This document shows positions 1 through 12,954 of a stretch of DNA of 64,000 nt, in pieces; the stretch's first letter is position 1, and each line of letters begins with the position of its first letter. The DNA is from Callorhinchus milii (taxonomy: Eukaryota). The notes beneath the pieces were generated by a model. That model was not told the origin of the DNA and made no database searches. It saw nothing but the letters and a program-made list of their open reading frames with translations. A program made the translations under genes and the position numbers. The DNA is taken from NCBI RefSeq assembly GCF_018977255.1, contig NW_024704743.1:105526001-105590000 (forward strand), read 5' to 3'.

Positions 1-739
1 GATAAACAAAATGTCAACAGTAAGTTAGCTTGTGAAAAGTGGGAAATCACTTTCTTAATGCTTGTGTGGTATCTGTGCATAAAGCACAATATTATTACTT
101 TAGTAAATATTTATCAAACCTAATAAGTGTTGTCAGATTTCCTGATGCCAATGTAGTTCAGGACAATCTCATCCAGAAATGTCCTCTGTATCCCATTTAT
201 CTTTGTGTAATTGTATTAATATGATGGATACAGAAAATGATGCAGACACAGAAGGCACATAGCTGCAACAAAATGAAATCTGTGTTGATTTCTGCATAAT
301 CTGAATAATTATTCAATGATCTGCACTGATTTAATAATAGGACAAATCAGATGCGTTTGTAATATGTTCCCTCAAGACTATTTAGTCTGGAGTCAGTGTG
401 TTTATCCTTGATTTCGCTCTTTACTAGATGCCTGGTTGCATTAAACTGTAAATGAAGTCAACATTTTTAAAAGGATTTGCAAAGGTTACATTTACAACTT
501 TACTCACTTTTATAGATGAAAATCTGGAAGTGATTCCCCTTCTGGTCAATAACCATGCAGTGCAAGGTCATGATAGCTCCAACCTATAAATTTACACCAC
601 CCTGGTCAGTCCATTTACCAACCAGGAGGGAATAAAATGCACAAGCTTGCCAAGGTCGGTAAATTTACTAATCATTGTGGCATCACCCTTAACCTTTTTA
701 TTTAGATTTTCTCTTTTCTCGATTTTATGTTCTCTCTGA

Positions 740-2030
740 ACACTCTGCCTCCTTGTCCTCCTCGACCTCTCTGCTGCCTTTGACACTGTTGACCACTCCA
801 TCCTCATACACCGCTTCTCCGCTTTACTCAATCTTCACGGATCTGCCTTTGCCTGGTTCAATTCCTATCACTCTCACCGTCTCCACTTCGTTGCCTCTAA
901 CAATTTCTCCTCCAGCCCCCGCACTGTCACATCTGGCATCCCCCAGGGCTCTGTCCTTGGCCCTCTCCTCTTTAATATCTACATGCTCCCCCTTGGTGAC
1001 ATCCTCCGCAGACATGGGGTCAACTTCCACATGTATGTGGATAACACACCCAACTCTATCTTTCTGCCTCCACCCTCAACTCCAGGACACTGCTGTCCTG
1101 ACAGACTGTCGGACATCAAGTCCTGGATGAGGGCAAATTTCCTACAGTTGAATGTGAACAAGACTGAGGCCCTCCTGATTGGCTCGCGCCAGTGCCTCAG
1201 CACCTCAGGCTCTGGCAACATCAACCTCCATGGTTGCACACTACAACTCACCAAGTCAGTCAGGAACGTAAGTGTCTTGTTCGAGCCTCAACTGTCTTTT
1301 CTCCCCCACATTCAAGCCATGACCTGCTCTGCCTTCCTTCACCTCCGTAACATTGCCCGACTCTGCCACTACGTCATACATCAGGCCGCTGAAACTCTTG
1401 TTCATGCCTTCATCACCTCCAGGCTCGACTATGCAAATGCCCTACTTGTCGGTCTTCCCAACTCCTCCCTCCACAGGCTGCAGATCATCCAGAACTTTGC
1501 AGCCCATGTCCTCTCCCGCACCAAACTCTGTGACCCCATCTCCCCCACTCTCGCTTGACTCCACTGGCTCCCTATCCTTCAGAGGATCCAGTTCAAGATC
1601 CTGGTCCTCACATACAAACAAACGGAGTCCTGTAGCTCAGTGGTTAGAGCACTTGCTTTGCAAGCGAGAGACCTGAGTTCAATTCCAGGCAGGACTAAAC
1701 CTTGGGCAAGTTTCCTTACTCCCCACGCCTAATGATAATCCCTCCAAAACCAAAAACAATAATAAATTGGTCATTTTCAATCTACGACTGTTTGTGGGAC
1801 ATTGCTGTGCGCAATTGGCTGCCGCGTTCTCCCACAAAAAATACAGTCAATTCACTTTACAGTGTGTTCTGTGAAGCGCTTTGGGACGTCCTCCCGACGT
1901 GAAAAGTGCTATATCAAATGCAAGGATTATTATTATTATTATAAAGCCCTCCATGGCCTCACCTCACCCTACCTCTGCGACCTCCTAACCCCCTAACAAC
2001 CCACCCTTTCCCTCCGCTCAGCCGGCTCTC
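740..2030 (+). mobile_element. Decayed L2 LINE ORF2 (RT and C-terminal part), split by a SINE
   Basis: LDLSAAFDTVDH-like, G.PQGSVLGPLLF, FHMYVDN (YADD) and SRLDYAN motifs with frameshifts; homologous to the other L2 copies. Confidence 0.9.
1624..1942 (+). mobile_element. tRNA-derived SINE, family A, short form, full length
   Basis: Head GGAGTCCTGTAGCTCAGTGGTTAGAGC (A box) ... GAGTTCAATTCC (B box); L2-like stem-loop tail and (TAT)n; near-identical copies at 6234 and 40327. Confidence 0.9.
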
Positions 2031-2379
2031 ATTTCTGTTCTAAGTGCTCACTCAAGCGATAATGGAAATTATTTTGTTCTTTGTGAATTATGTTTAATTA
2101 TCTAAATAACCCAGAATTTTAAAATTCATCAACATTTATCTTATTCAGTGCTGAGCTGTGGCTGTGTGTCATCACTGCAAGAACGTGTGATAATAATTTG
2201 CACTTAGAAATCAGCTTTTACGTAGAATGAACATCTTGATGTGTTTCATGAAGATTACAGGGATCAGTGAACAGAGAGAAAGAGGGAAAGATTTGAGATG
2301 GGAAGTTAGGTGGGGACTGTGGAATCAGAGAAGGCAGCAAAGATCCTGCGAAGAGAACTTGATGGCGTACTCACATGGC

Positions 2380-3060
2380 TGAAAAATGATGTTTAAAACG
2401 GATAAATGCAAGGAACTGCATCGCTCTGAGACACTATATCCTGCATGAAGGGCGATATATAAAGGCAAGTTGTTGTAGGAAGTAAGAGTAGGATTCACAT
2501 GTATTTCTTGGATGGGATAGAACTTACCAAAGGCGAAGCTGAAAGAGATCTAGGAGTATTAGTTGACTCCCCGTTCACAATGCCAAAACAGTGAGGCACC
2601 AATAAACAAGGCAAAAAGGATGCTGGACTATAATAATAAATATATATATATGTGTGTATATATATATATAAATACATAAATAATTGCCATATATTGCCAA
2701 ATCAGTTGAGTTCAGATCCCAAGAATTCATACTCAGGTTGTATATTGCTCTGGTTAGCCCGCACCTGGAATACTGCTTACAGTTCTAGTCGGCACAACAT
2801 TAGTCTCCCAGATACAATAGGCAGGGCAGTGAGGATGATCCACATTGTTAGAGGAAAGGGCTATGAGCAATGATTAACTAGGCCTCTTCAGTCTTGAAAG
2901 GAATTGCCTCGAAGGGGATCTCAGAAGTATACAAGATTTTAAATAGGATTGAGACAGTAAACCCAGTAAACACAATAAAATGAAAGGACGCAGGTCTAAG
3001 GTTGCAAAGGGCAATTTGAGGATGAACATCAGGAAGAATTTCTTTACCGTTAATTAAACA
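2380..3060 (+). mobile_element. Decayed CR1 LINE ORF2 C-terminal fragments
   Basis: DKCK.LH, E.ERDLGVLVD, RPHLEYC-like and LGLFSLE.R.LRGDL.EVYKI motifs typical of CR1. Confidence 0.75.
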
Positions 3061-4012
3061 GCAAAATAAAATAATTCTTAGATTTGACATAGAATGTTTC
3101 ACATTGGGCCAAATTGCTTCACAGGATTTATTGTAAAGTGCAGTGACTGTATTTTGTAGACAAACTTGACATTTTGTGCACAGCAATATCCCACAAACAA
3201 TTAATCTGGGGGAATGTTGGTGACTATTACTGCAATATCTTCTCATCACAAATCTCTGAATGAATTAAAGAATTATTACCTTGTAATATTGAGTGGTTCA
3301 ATATGTATGTGAGAATGGAGCAAGAGGATATACCAAGGACATCTCACAGCTTCCTTTGCTTTAAGAAAGAAGCAACTGATATGTGGAGTGAATGTCACAT
3401 TGCTATACACCATATTCTTTCTAATTCACGCATAATGGTATTTGTACAATTGTAACCATGCTGCCAGTGCTTTCACATGCTAGAATAACCCACCCCTCAA
3501 AAAAACATTTGTCATTTTAATGGATCAGTCATTTACAGTTCTACTTTTATATAATTATTATTAGTTCTACTTTACTTAAGAAACAAATGCATATGCAAAC
3601 AATTGTCACTTTTAACTTTTAATTAGTGGCAACTTTTAACTGTTCAGGTTGCAAGGACATAACCACGTTAATGTCATACAATATCTGCTCCTTGCAATCT
3701 ATTTCCTTTTTAAGGAATTCAGTTAGAGGTCCTGCATTTTACATCAGATTCCCTAAAAATATAAAGTGTAGCGACTGTAACTTGTTGGCGAAGATTTGCA
3801 TGAAATTTAGAGTGAGAAATACCTGACCTTGATCTGGATTTGGAGAATAACCAATTAATCTGCTCGCTTTCATGAAAGCCTAAGTACTGAGACCCTTCCT
3901 ACTCTCACAAGTACCTTAGCACACTACCTAGAAGGAAAGGTATCGTGCATGAAAGAAGGTAGAAACCTCAGGAAGATTGAGCTAGGATAAGATAGGGTAG
4001 ACCCTGAATTAA

Positions 4013-4303
4013 GGAGTCCTGTAGCATATTAATTAGAGCACTCGCCTTGCAAATGAGATGACCCATGTTTGCTTCCCAGGCAGAACGAAACCTTCAGCAA
4101 GTTTCCTTAATCTATGCACCTCTGTTTACCTAGCAGTAAGTAGGAACGCATTTGTTAGTCGATTGACAGATTGCTTTCCAGGGGTAATAATCCTGTCACA
4201 ATATTTTTAAAAATTTGGTCACTCAATCCATGAGGGACAATTGCTGTGAGCAATTGGCTGCTGCGTTTCGCCCACAAAGTATACATTTTACAGTATATTC
4301 TGT
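4013..4303 (+). mobile_element. tRNA-derived SINE family A, long form
   Basis: Same head as 1624 plus an internal block ctctgtttacctagcagtaagtaggaac. Confidence 0.85.
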
Positions 4304-4363
4304 CATTAGTGGCAACAACCAAATATCAGAATGCTCAACCAAATAAGAATTGAGGGAGCCAAG

Positions 4364-4445
4364 CAATAACAACAAAACGACAGCAACAACAAAATTGCAT
4401 TTATAGAGCTCCTTTCACGTCGGGAGGACTTCCCAAGGTGCCTGG
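4364..4445 (-). mobile_element. L2 3' tail
   Basis: (AAC)n followed by tttcacgtcgggaggac, the L2 terminal stem-loop in reverse. Confidence 0.75.
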
Positions 4446-4464
4446 ATGCAATAATTTTTTTCAA

Positions 4465-4620
4465 TAATTGCAGCAGATGCCAAAGAAAATACCAAAAATC
4501 TCTTCCAATATTGTAGCAGTTAGAGGTTAGTGAGGAAGAAAGATTAAACTACAAAAATCCAAAGGGAATTGAAAACTGGATAATTATAATCCTCTGAATT
4601 AACTTCTTCTTGAGGTTTGT
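4465..4620 (+). mobile_element. CR1 ORF2 fragment
   Basis: IAADAKENTKNLFQY resembles the CR1 K.NPK.F..Y region. Confidence 0.5.
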
Positions 4621-6233
4621 AGCAAGGAAGTTCACTAAAAATTATGCTGACGAACAGCCAGCACATGTCATGTGAGCTCCAGATCTTTGACATTAACTTT
4701 GATATTCAAGACAGACATCGGAGGGAGCTGAAAATCCCTTCATCAGTCAAACCTATTTTGAGTTCTTGTGAATTCTAGTGTAGGGTGTACAATATGCAAG
4801 CAGGCAAATAAAAATCTGAGCAAGAATACATACATGCCAATGAGTAAAGCAATTTTAAATTTAAAAGATTCATTTGATTTAATTTTCTTCAGCATAATTA
4901 TTATAAATAGATTATTTACTTGCTTGGTAAGCTCATTTTTCTCTCACTGGTTATTTGATCCAAAAGCGTGTCTGACATCGGAAAGAATCATTGAGTAATG
5001 GGGTAGGTGAGCTACCTTCAGGGCATAATGAAAAGGAAAAATCGCTTTCTAAGCTGTCAGCTTCAAGTAGGACCCTTATCTTAGTGGCAGGATTCAATCC
5101 CCATGGAACATGATCCCCTCATTAGCAAGTGGAGAGATGTCTTTTCTAATTTGAAGTAGTGTTCAGATAGTGGCAGTTCTGTGTCGCTTGGGAGCATAAG
5201 CTCTATGTTAAGTGATATAGGTGAGGCTATTCTGTCCTTCTGTCAGGGGAAAGAGTACACTTTCTGTCCAGGGTCAGTGTAATGCACAAAGCATTGCATT
5301 TGATGTAATTCGTAACCCTTTTAGATTAGATTTCCTACTGCTCAGCCAGTGAAAAGTATTCCGTTTGCTGCAGGTCTCCAGAGACACTTTTGGTTCAATT
5401 GCATATATTTTTCTGTTGTTAGAATGTTTATTCCATTTGAAAAGACCTTGGGAGTTTCAGGTAAGATGGGTGTGCCGAGGCATGGGGGTATGGATTCAGC
5501 ATAAAACCTCCACGGGTATAAAAATATTGATGAGTCTTAAACAGGAGGGCAAGATAATCTTTGCATTTTTTGCATTTGATATAGCACCTTATCACTTCAT
5601 TGAGACATCTTAAAGAGTTTCACAGGATATACCGTAAAGTGGCAGTCAAGTAAAATTTGACTGTGTGTTTTGTGGGTGAAATTTGGGTGGTATTCAGTTA
5701 TCTTGGCTGTCACTCAACAGGGAGGGTGGGCAATGATTAGCTGGTCCAAACTGTGACTCACCTGGATGTCGGGCACTTTTAGCGACATTAAACCTTAGCA
5801 ATGGAATATCTATTTCCCAATATTGCTTTGTCAGGGGCTGAGGAGACTGCTGCACAAATGTAGCTGAGCGTAAACACAACATGTTCCTTTATAATTTTAT
5901 AATCTGCACATTAGATCTTATTAAGCTTTTGCTCAGTGCTTCTCCCTGACGGCACAGCCAGGAATAGAGGAATCCTGGTGAAGGCATTGCTGACTCCTGC
6001 TGTGATACCTCACTGGTAGCTCAGGATCCCACAGTATTGACTCTTCAGTGGTAGTGCGACTGACTTCTCCTTTAATTATCATTAAAGTTCTTAGTGAAAT
6101 GCAAAACATTTTAAATTGTAATGTTTTTTTTAAAAAAATGATGGGGGAACTGGAAACCAGCAAATCCTCCATCATCATTAATGTGATCCTGTGAACACAA
6201 GTGTAGGTTACAAACTCTTTGTTAAGTGATTGT

Positions 6234-6556
6234 TAATAAAACTAATCCTTGCATTTGATATAGCGCTTTTCACGTCGGGAGGACGTCCCAAAGCGCTTCA
6301 CAGAACACACTGTAAAGTGAATTGACTGTATATTTGTGGGCGAACGCGGCAGCCAATTACGCACAGCAATGTCCCACAAACAGTCGTAGATTGAAAATGA
6401 CCAATTTATTATTGTTTTTTTTCGGTTTTGGAGGGATTATTATTAGGCTCTGTGTGGAGTAAGGAAACTTGCCCAAGGTTTCGCCCTCTGCCTGGAATTG
6501 AACTCAGGTCTCTCACTTGCAAAGCGAGTGCTCTAACCACTGAGCTACAGGACTCC
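6234..6556 (-). mobile_element. tRNA-derived SINE family A, short form, full length
   Basis: Reverse complement of 1624-1942 with few differences. Confidence 0.9.
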
Positions 6557-7237
6557 AAATTAAGTGGTAAGGTTTTGCTTTTTTAGGACATCAGCTGCAA
6601 GGTACACAGGAAATTATAGACAGAACCACTCTGACACCTTGTGACCACAGAAGGAATATCACTTTATATAACAAAATCAATGTTGATTACATTTGTCTGT
6701 GGTGCCACATCAGTTTAGGGTTACATTATAAGTTATAATTTGTACATTGAAACAAAGCAGCAATTTATATAGTATTTACTTACCAATGCGATTCTATATT
6801 TAACACATGGTAAGATTTTACATCACCCAATCAAGCTGAAAACCTTTCATTTTGCACAGCAAGGATTTATTTTTCCAGAAAATTTCTTTAAACCATTCTG
6901 CTCTAATTTCTGGTTACCTTGTGAGTTGAAATGTTCCATTGTTTTAGGTTTGACAGCTGTGGTACCTCATTAACTTGCACCAACAAATGGTTTCAAGATA
7001 TTCAGGTCACTATCTTGGATTCCTGCCAGCGGTCTCTGATCATAGCTGGTGCTTTCAGGGTCCTCAGTGAGTTAAGAAATGATTCCATTGAATACTGAGC
7101 TCGGCAATTAGGAACAACCAAGGTAGTGCTTAAGCCTTTGAGCCCAACCACAAGATCACAAGATCAGGATTGGATTCGATGAAGAAGGCCCTTCAGCCCA
7201 CCTGATCATATCCCTCCAGAAATCTTATCCTACTATA

Positions 7238-7975
7238 ATGTAATACAATACAAAAATACATTTGTAAAGCACCCTTCACGTCGGGAGGATGTCCCAAGGC
7301 TTTGAACAGTCAGGGATTAGGACCCAAGCAGAGAGGGGGGGTTGGGATTAGGGAGGGTGGAGGGCAGAGAGGGTAGGAGGGTGGCCAAAAGCACGGGTCG
7401 AAGAAGAGAGCCTTGAGGTGTACCTTGGAGGAGGCAAGGGATGGAGCAAGGCCAAGGGAATGTGAGATGGAGTTCCAGAGGGTGGGGGCAGAGAGACTGA
7501 AGGCACGACCGCTGATGGTGGGGCCGGCTCGCCGCGGGACATGGAGCAGGCCGGAGCCTACTGAGCGGAGGGAGCGGTCAGGTTGATAAGAGGTTAGCAG
7601 GTAGGAGAAGGCAAGACTATGGAGGGCTTTGAAGGTGAGTACAAGAATTTTGAACTCGATCCTCTGAGGGATGGGGAGCCAGTGGAGCTGGGCGAGGGCC
7701 GGTATGAATGGGGTCACAGAGCCTGGTGTGAGAGAGGACACGAACTGCAGAGTGTGGAGGGAGGGATGGGTAGGGGCCGGAGTGTAGGGAGAGATGGAGA
7801 GGGGTTGGTGGTTGGGAGGGCGGTGGCAGATGAACGGATCCCCTCGATTTTGGTCTTAAGGAAATCCAGCATCTCCTCGCAGTTGGAGGAAAGGATGGGG
7901 GAGACGTGAGAGGCGCCGGTTGGTAGTGGAGCAGAGAAGCCTGGGGTTGTCCTTGGCCTCCAAGATTACCTTGGA
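7238..7975 (-). mobile_element. Internally deleted L2
   Basis: L2 tail and LHWLPI..RIEFKIL region joined at ~7752 to pre-RT sequence matching 28645-28860. Confidence 0.85.
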
Positions 7976-7982
7976 ATATATC

Positions 7983-8280
7983 ATAATATAATAATAAACC
8001 TTGCATTTGATACAGCCCTTATTACATCTTCGAGACTCTCAAAGCACATCACAGAATATACTGTAAATTGAATTGACTGTATTTTGTGGGCAAAACACGG
8101 CAGCCAATTGCACACAACGGTGTCCCACAAACAGTCACAGATTGAAGGACCAAATTAATATTTCTATTTATTTAAGGTTTTATTATGTCCGGTAAAGCAA
8201 ACCGCCAATTGACTAGCAACTGGATTCCTACTTACTGCTAGGTAAACAAAGGCATGTGGAGTAAGGAAACTTGCCTAAGA
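7983..8280 (-). mobile_element. SINE family A long form, 5' truncated
   Basis: (AAT)n tail, gtcccacaaacag body, ttcctacttactgctaggtaaaca block. Confidence 0.8.
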
Positions 8281-9162
8281 TTCCATCACAGCATCAAGCT
8301 GCTTTTTAAACCAGTTGAGTGTGAACATTTTATACACCTGTATAAGGTGCCTTCTGAGTAATTTTCTCTCAGGTCTGAAGAATCTTTGTTGTCCAATTGT
8401 TGCTCATAGTTCATTCCTCAATCATTTTATCCTTTTGCTCTCCTCTGCATTGCCTCGTTCAGCTTCTCTGGAGTAACAAAATCAGTGGGAAGGGTTCAGA
8501 AACAGTCTTTAAGAACAATTGGGAAAATGCAATGTTCCTTAACAATTTGACCTTATATAAAGCCTTTCACATAGGAAAACATCCCAAAGCACTTCACAGC
8601 GTGGAGGCATGAGATAGGAGTGCTCAGAGGGAGGTGACTGGAAGCTTGGTCAAATATCAGATAATAACAGATGTAATAGTAGATGCTGCAACACATTCTG
8701 TAAATCTGCTGTAAATCTTCTGTAAAAATGTCACATTTTTCACTCCAATATTTCTAACCAATAGTAACAAATCCAACTGGTTGTCCAGGACACATGTGGT
8801 ACTGTTCACTGACTTGGAGTCTGACTGTATTTACCCCAATAGGAAGTAAAAATAAAAGTGAATTATGATCAGTTCTTGGACACTCTCAATATGGACACAA
8901 GTGATAAAGCTCCAGGAAATCATTTCTTTAATCAGCACCTTTGAGATTGGGGAGATTCTTCAAGGCTAATAGTAAAAAAAAACTGAGACTGGGTGACTAA
9001 TATTATTTTTCAGGAGCACTGTGTCAGCCCTTGACACTGTAGGGATTATTGGTCCCTGGATTTGATTTCTTGGGGCCCAAATCTTCAGCTCAGGTTCATT
9101 AATGGGTGGATAAATGTAATGTTTCATAACAAGTTCAGTGTGATAATTAATCCATTGATTGA

Positions 9163-9390
9163 AGCCTAAAATTCCACCCAGTCTTAGCCTGTAAGACCAT
9201 GCTGTTTTAAAAGTATAAGATCAGGCAAAATTGTGGGAAATTTTTTAAACCTAGACTGAATTTGTAGCAACTGTAGAAAAACGGCTCCCAAATTGAGACT
9301 GAATTCTAGAATTTTGCATAAATCTGTGCTCTTGCGATTTAACACTAACTGCTCTTACTGACGACTGAGACCATGTGGAATTTCAGACCT
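9163..9390. mobile_element. Old palindromic MITE-like repeat (family M)
   Basis: Ends gcctaaaattccacccagtcttag / agaccatgtggaatttcagacc are imperfect inverted repeats; similar sequence at 9690, 45260 and 49796. Confidence 0.55.
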
Positions 9391-9689
9391 TGAATCTGTT
9401 ATAAAAATGAAATTTTGTATTGTATTGTATGTAACATAAAACATTTATCAAATATTTCATTCCAATACGTGAGCTGTTGAACTAACAGGTGAGCAAGAGC
9501 AAAGGCAAAATAATTGTTTGACCTTCATGCAGCAGAAATTACTGTTTTATCATGAAGATCACAGTGCTGTGCAATTCAAATCCACTCAGAAATTATCCTT
9601 TAAAATAGATAATAGAGAATTTTCAGGGACCCATTTTACAATGTAATGAAACTTCAGTCACTCACCAGCTCTTTAACAACATTTATAAT

Positions 9690-9885
9690 AGACGGGAGAA
9701 AATTGTGGAAAACTATTAAAACTATTAGTCTCAATTTTGGAGCCAGTTTTCTTCAATTCCCCCCAAAAACTGGTGTCCAAATTACGAGTGAATTTAAGTG
9801 CTTTCTACAATTCTGTGCAATCTTAAATTTTAAAACCAAATAGTCTTTTTGCAAGCTATAACTACTAGGTGAAATTTCTGGATTC
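9690..9885. mobile_element. Family M MITE-like repeat, inverted relative to 9163
   Basis: agtctcaattttggagccagtttt is close to the reverse complement of aaaacggctcccaaattgagact at ~9278. Confidence 0.5.
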
Positions 9886-10904
9886 ATAACTAGTAAATCC
9901 CTGATGAGCCCAGCAGCCGACATTCTGGGAACTCTACTCAGGTGCTTATCTCAGTTCCAGATTCCTTGAAATTAGTGTCCAATAAAACTATCACCAGCTA
10001 TTTAGATTACACATGTTCAGAACCTGCTTTCCTGGGAACAGCATATATAAATCTAACTTTCCACTCCTCATTGCTTTATTGCTAGAAGAAACATCACTTC
10101 AGTCCCATAAGTGTCCAATTGGCATAGGAAATAATTCAATTCAGGAATTTTATCATTATCAAGGTTTCAGTTGATGCACAGAAACCAAGGCTCTGTGGGT
10201 TACATCTAGTTTCTATTAGTATTCCATAATATCTGTAATCACAGATTTTTATTAATTGTAAGTTGTCTTGTGTGTATATCAGAATCTTTGGGGGATATTT
10301 CTTTTCAGCGTTGAGCCCCATTTCATGGTGCCAGCATTGTTGTGCAAACACAAGCATATTTCAAGTCATTTGATCTATTGTCAAGTGCTCATAATTCTCT
10401 GTTGCAAGCCTCGTGCTATAAAATAATTGGTTTGGGAAATAAACACCAGCAGTAAAGCACAATTCTTATTTCTTCAGATACCAGTTGTGATTCAGTGAAA
10501 TGATAACTTCACACAAGACCCTCTCAATTCATAATAACCTGAACTAGATTCAGCTCCTAAACTGACTTGATCTGAACAGGGGGAAAAAAAAACAGAAACT
10601 GTTCAAATTCACATTTTTTCCCAATTCAGAATTATATTGAATGTTTCTATATAATTTTTGAACAGAGCTCCGAGCAGAGTTTGGACACAATTGCCTTCAC
10701 ACGTAAGCTTGCTCTTCAATAGGATTGAAGCAGGAATGAAAAAAAAGACAATTCTTTTTCCAAGGCAATCATCCAACAAAGAGTTACAATAAAACAAAAT
10801 GTTGATACCATGGATACATAAACTGAATACATATTCCACGTTTAATATGCTGTAAGCGCAGGGAAAGGGGTTGGAGAGGGAAAAAATTGTTTTGAAATTA
10901 GTTT

Positions 10905-11166
10905 TAATTGGCCAGTTACTGAGGGCAGCGAATCCTCCCGCTCAGCTCCTGTTAACCCCGCGAGCCAAAGCCCTGGTCCTAGCTGAACAAGCAGCAGGAA
11001 CGTTTGCAAGACAGCGCCCTCCAGGGAGAGAGGGTGTATTCTTTCAACAGTTTATCTCTGGAACTTCCATGTGCAGGTGCGATGCATGGAATTCTTGGTT
11101 TGGATACTCTTAAGCATGGTGATGGGTTTCCTTATGTGTCAGACACCTGGCTGACGCCCCCAAAAA
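10905..11166 (+). mobile_element. Unclassified A-tailed retroposon 3' end (family U)
   Basis: Clear homology to the reverse complement of 51698-52090 (ctcagctcctgttaacc; tttggatactcttaagcatggtgatggg; tgtcagacacc). Confidence 0.7.
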
Positions 11167-11324
11167 TAGTTTGCCTCTAAGCGCAGCAACTCAGATATTA
11201 AGGTCTATGATATGTCATTGGCAAACTAGAAGTCACTGTGATAACTGTGATTTTCAGTTTGTTTCAAAAATTACAGGATTTCACTTTAAGATTTGTACAT
11301 TTCCTCTCTCTCCGCCCTTCCTAA

Positions 11325-11640
11325 ACACTCTGCATACTCACTTGTGAATCAGAAGGTTGTTGGTTCAAATCCAACATCGTCAAGAACTTTATGTCATAGG
11401 CTCGGCTAACATTCCATTATATTACTGGGGGATACTGCATTGGGAAGTCCTCCTAACACGAAAGGTGCTATATCAATGCAATTTGTTATTCACATGAGTT
11501 ATTCACATGAATCCACATTTGTAGATTGCTGCTGGCACAAATTGCTGTCATGTTTCCCTCCATAACAACATTCACCTAATTTCTGATTAATCTCATATTT
11601 TATTCTTTTGCATGAAAGTGCAATGTAAATGTAAGTCACT
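11325..11640 (+). mobile_element. Rearranged Deu-type SINE fragments
   Basis: tcagaaggttgttggttcaaatcc head joined to tail pieces. Confidence 0.6.
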
Positions 11641-12234
11641 GTTAACGATTGACCTAGTATTGCTGGATGGTTTTACTGACATCCCCAAGGGAATGGTTTC
11701 CACAAGAGGATAGGGTAGAGACAAAAATGGGAAGAGATTACATGAAGAAATGGTCTAAAATAACATTCCCGATAAAAGCAGCAAAAACAGGAATGTATAT
11801 TCCTATTCAAGAACAATATGCACGTTTCCAGCAGAGGGAGCATAGAGCCAATAAAACAAGAGAATCCTCACTTTTGAGATCATTGTCGTTATACAAATAT
11901 ATTGACTTGCTGCTTTTCAGAAAACGTGTTGAAAATGTGAAATGCAGGACTATGCTTTAATATTAAGTACAATGCAGAATGGGTGAGTTTTCTTTGCATA
12001 AAAAATTCTAAATTATCATATGAACAAATTCAGTACAAGTGTAGAAATGTCAAACATATATTTTATTTTGCATAGAAATTAAAGAATACTCTTAAAGATG
12101 ACATTAACAAAGAAATTAATTGATTTTATTGCATTCTACTGTTGCTTATTGCAAGCTATTCAGCTTCCAAAGGAATTCTTAAGATCTAGGGTCAGAGATT
12201 TTACACGAAAAGTGATCAACTAACTACATGTATC

Positions 12235-12640
12235 AGTCTGGTACAGTTAGCACTCGTGTCTGAGTCAGAAAGTTGTGGGTTCAATTCTCATGTTGGGATC
12301 TTGGAACTAGATAGTCTAGGTTGACACTTGTTGTGCTACATTGTTGGAGATCTGGTCCTTCTAGATGAGATGTTAACCCAAGGTCCCATCTGCCTGTCCA
12401 GGTAGACATTAAAGATTTCATGGCAACTATTCTAAAAGTGAAAAGAGCTTTTCCTGATAACCTAGCCGACAATCCCCCAAATAAAATTGGTCACCCCATC
12501 CATGGCTGTTTGTGGAACATTGATGTTCACAAATTGGCTGCCACATTCACCTATTAAATACACCATCGATCCACTTTACCTGTGAAGCGCTTTGAGACAT
12601 CCTATTGTGAAAGGCGCTATATCAAATGTAAACTTTTAAT
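12235..12640 (+). mobile_element. Deu-domain tRNA SINE (family B, SacSINE1/AmnSINE1-type core)
   Basis: tctgagtcagaa.gttgtgggttcaa head; gatgagatgttaacccaaggtccc...ttaaagatttcatggca core resembling the Deu domain (from memory of the consensus); L2-type tail. Confidence 0.75.
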
Positions 12641-12954
12641 TCCATTTTATTCCACCCCATTCCAGGTAACTGACTACTCACTGAATAGAATTTTGTTCTG
12701 TTAAGTGAGCCGAATACTTGTTTCTATTTAAAGCTTTACAGTTCTGTTCCCATCAATATAAATCATACTCTTCCATTTGTTAATTTGCACCTGTTCATTT
12801 TCATCTATCTACTGAGGTATAACCAGCTTTCATGGCAATTTAAAACTGAAATGTTAACCTGTCCTTTTTATCACTAATCAATCGGGTGTGAATTTCCAAT
12901 TTTTTCTTTTATTTATGTTAAAAAATTTCATCTGACTTTCAATAAGTCTTATAC

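Noticed and set aside
1624..1695. tRNA gene (also 6485-6556, 40588-40659, 24730-24790)
   Set aside because: A and B boxes are present but there is no proper acceptor stem, and each continues into a SINE body and tail.
9895..9945. Hammerhead ribozyme (ctgatgagcccagcagccgaca)
   Set aside because: Stem II does not pair, GAAA is altered and no closing stems are evident.
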